From assembly GCA_903897855.1 (NCBI GenBank), contig CAIUDH010000076.1, positions 97,643-161,642 of the forward strand: a DNA stretch of 64,000 bases. Reading direction: 5' to 3'. Each line of letters begins with the position of its first letter. The first letter of the stretch is position 1. Made by a program: the position numbers and the translations under genes. The notes beneath the pieces were generated by a model. That model was not told the origin of the DNA and ran no database searches. It worked only from the letters and a program-made list of their open reading frames with translations. Source of the stretch: an uncultured Bacteroidota bacterium. GTDB lineage: Bacteria > Bacteroidota > Bacteroidia > UKL13-3. Positions 63,448 through 64,000 of this stretch are shown piece after piece.

Positions 63448-63607
63448 CAAACATACTAAATTATTTGGTAATTTTCAAACCGAAAAAATAAAATAAATTA
63501 AGGTATGAAATAAGAGCGGTGAACCCTGCGTAAATACAGAACAAATAACCCACCTTCGATTCACCATTCACTTTTACGATTTACCTGATACTATTCACCA
63601 CCAACCT

Positions 63608-64000
63608 ATGGACCGCAACATCGTACATATTGATTTAGACTCTTTTTTTGTCTCTGTGGAACGACTTATCAATCCAAAGCTAATCGGGAAACCCGTACTG
63701 GTGGGGGGCACTAGCGACCGCGGCGTGGTGGCCTCATGCAGCTATGAAGCCCGGGCTTTTGGTGTTCATTCGGCCATGCCTATGAAAACAGCGAGGCAGC
63801 TTTGTCCGGAAGCCATCATCGTAAAAGGCGACTCCGCAGAGTACAGCAAATACTCCAACCTTGTTACCGATATCATCAGCAACGATATGCCGCTGTATGA
63901 GAAATCGTCGATCGATGAATTTTATATCGACCTCACCGGCATGGATCGCTTTTTTGGTTGTTATAAGATGGCTACCGAGCTGCGACAGAAGATTATGAAA
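63608..64000 (+). CDS. dinB: DNA polymerase IV (Y-family), N-terminal part; runs off the window end
   Basis: Hand translation from ATG 63608 gives MDRNIVHIDLDSFFVSVERLINPKLIGKPVLVGG...VVASCSYEARAFGVHSAMPM...SIDEFYIDLTG, which carries the canonical Y-family motifs. Confidence 0.85.
   Translation, partial: MDRNIVHIDLDSFFVSVERLINPKLIGKPVLVGGTSDRGVVASCSYEARAFGVHSAMPMKTARQLCPEAIIVKGDSAEYSKYSNLVTDIISNDMPLYEKSSIDEFYIDLTGMDRFFGCYKMATELRQKIMK

Noticed and set aside
63441-63448. The octamer TTAGCACA occurs both in the right arm of the LexA-like palindrome and twice in the glyA upstream repeat (minus strand of 45667..45686), hinting at a shared regulator.
   Set aside because: An 8-mer is expected by chance about twice in 128 kb of two-strand sequence. 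The contexts also differ (inverted versus direct repeat). I treat it as coincidence unless a genome-wide search shows enrichment.

Overview
This is an AT-rich chromosomal segment that looks like a Bacteroidota genome. The evidence for that placement is T9SS type-A and type-B C-terminal sorting domains, a PorV/PorQ-like barrel, CarboxypepD_reg and OmpA-type envelope proteins, and recurring TAnnTTTG(C) boxes 14-45 nt upstream of start codons. I support about 50 protein genes, one tRNA-Asn(GTT) and several intrinsic terminators. I saw no rRNA, CRISPR array, transposase, integrase or obvious prophage. Housekeeping genes: prmA (partial), mfd, sucB, greA, corA, a LOG-family gene, aspS, class I fumarase, nadD, gmk, a pfkB-family kinase, pdxH, tsaB, glyA, relA/spoT, an nfu-like gene, hmgA, cspA and dinB (partial). 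Accessory or envelope content: (1) a tight minus-strand triad at 12124-20923 made of an oversized plug-containing outer-membrane barrel, a 1272-aa protein with no recognisable catalytic domain but a variant T9SS-like CTD, and a private PorV/PorQ-family barrel, which is my best candidate for an undescribed system; (2) a CarH-type B12 photoreceptor regulator fused into a translationally coupled carotenoid operon (crtI-crtB-idi-crtZ-lycopene cyclase); (3) a Wzx-like flippase whose stop codon overlaps (TAATG) the start of a ~1056-aa Ig-repeat T9SS type-A adhesin, divergent from a GT4 glycosyltransferase, with a decayed CTD pseudogene downstream; (4) an 1835-aa T9SS type-B (gliding-motility CTD) protein carrying nine 264/267-nt tandem coding repeats and no adjacent porP/sprF; (5) an XRE-HTH/S24 LexA-like repressor divergent from dinB, with a perfect palindrome over its own start codon; (6) an fdtA-like/acetyltransferase sugar-modification pair followed by a polytopic membrane protein. 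All functional calls come from reading the translated sequences and recognising motifs. No database search was run.
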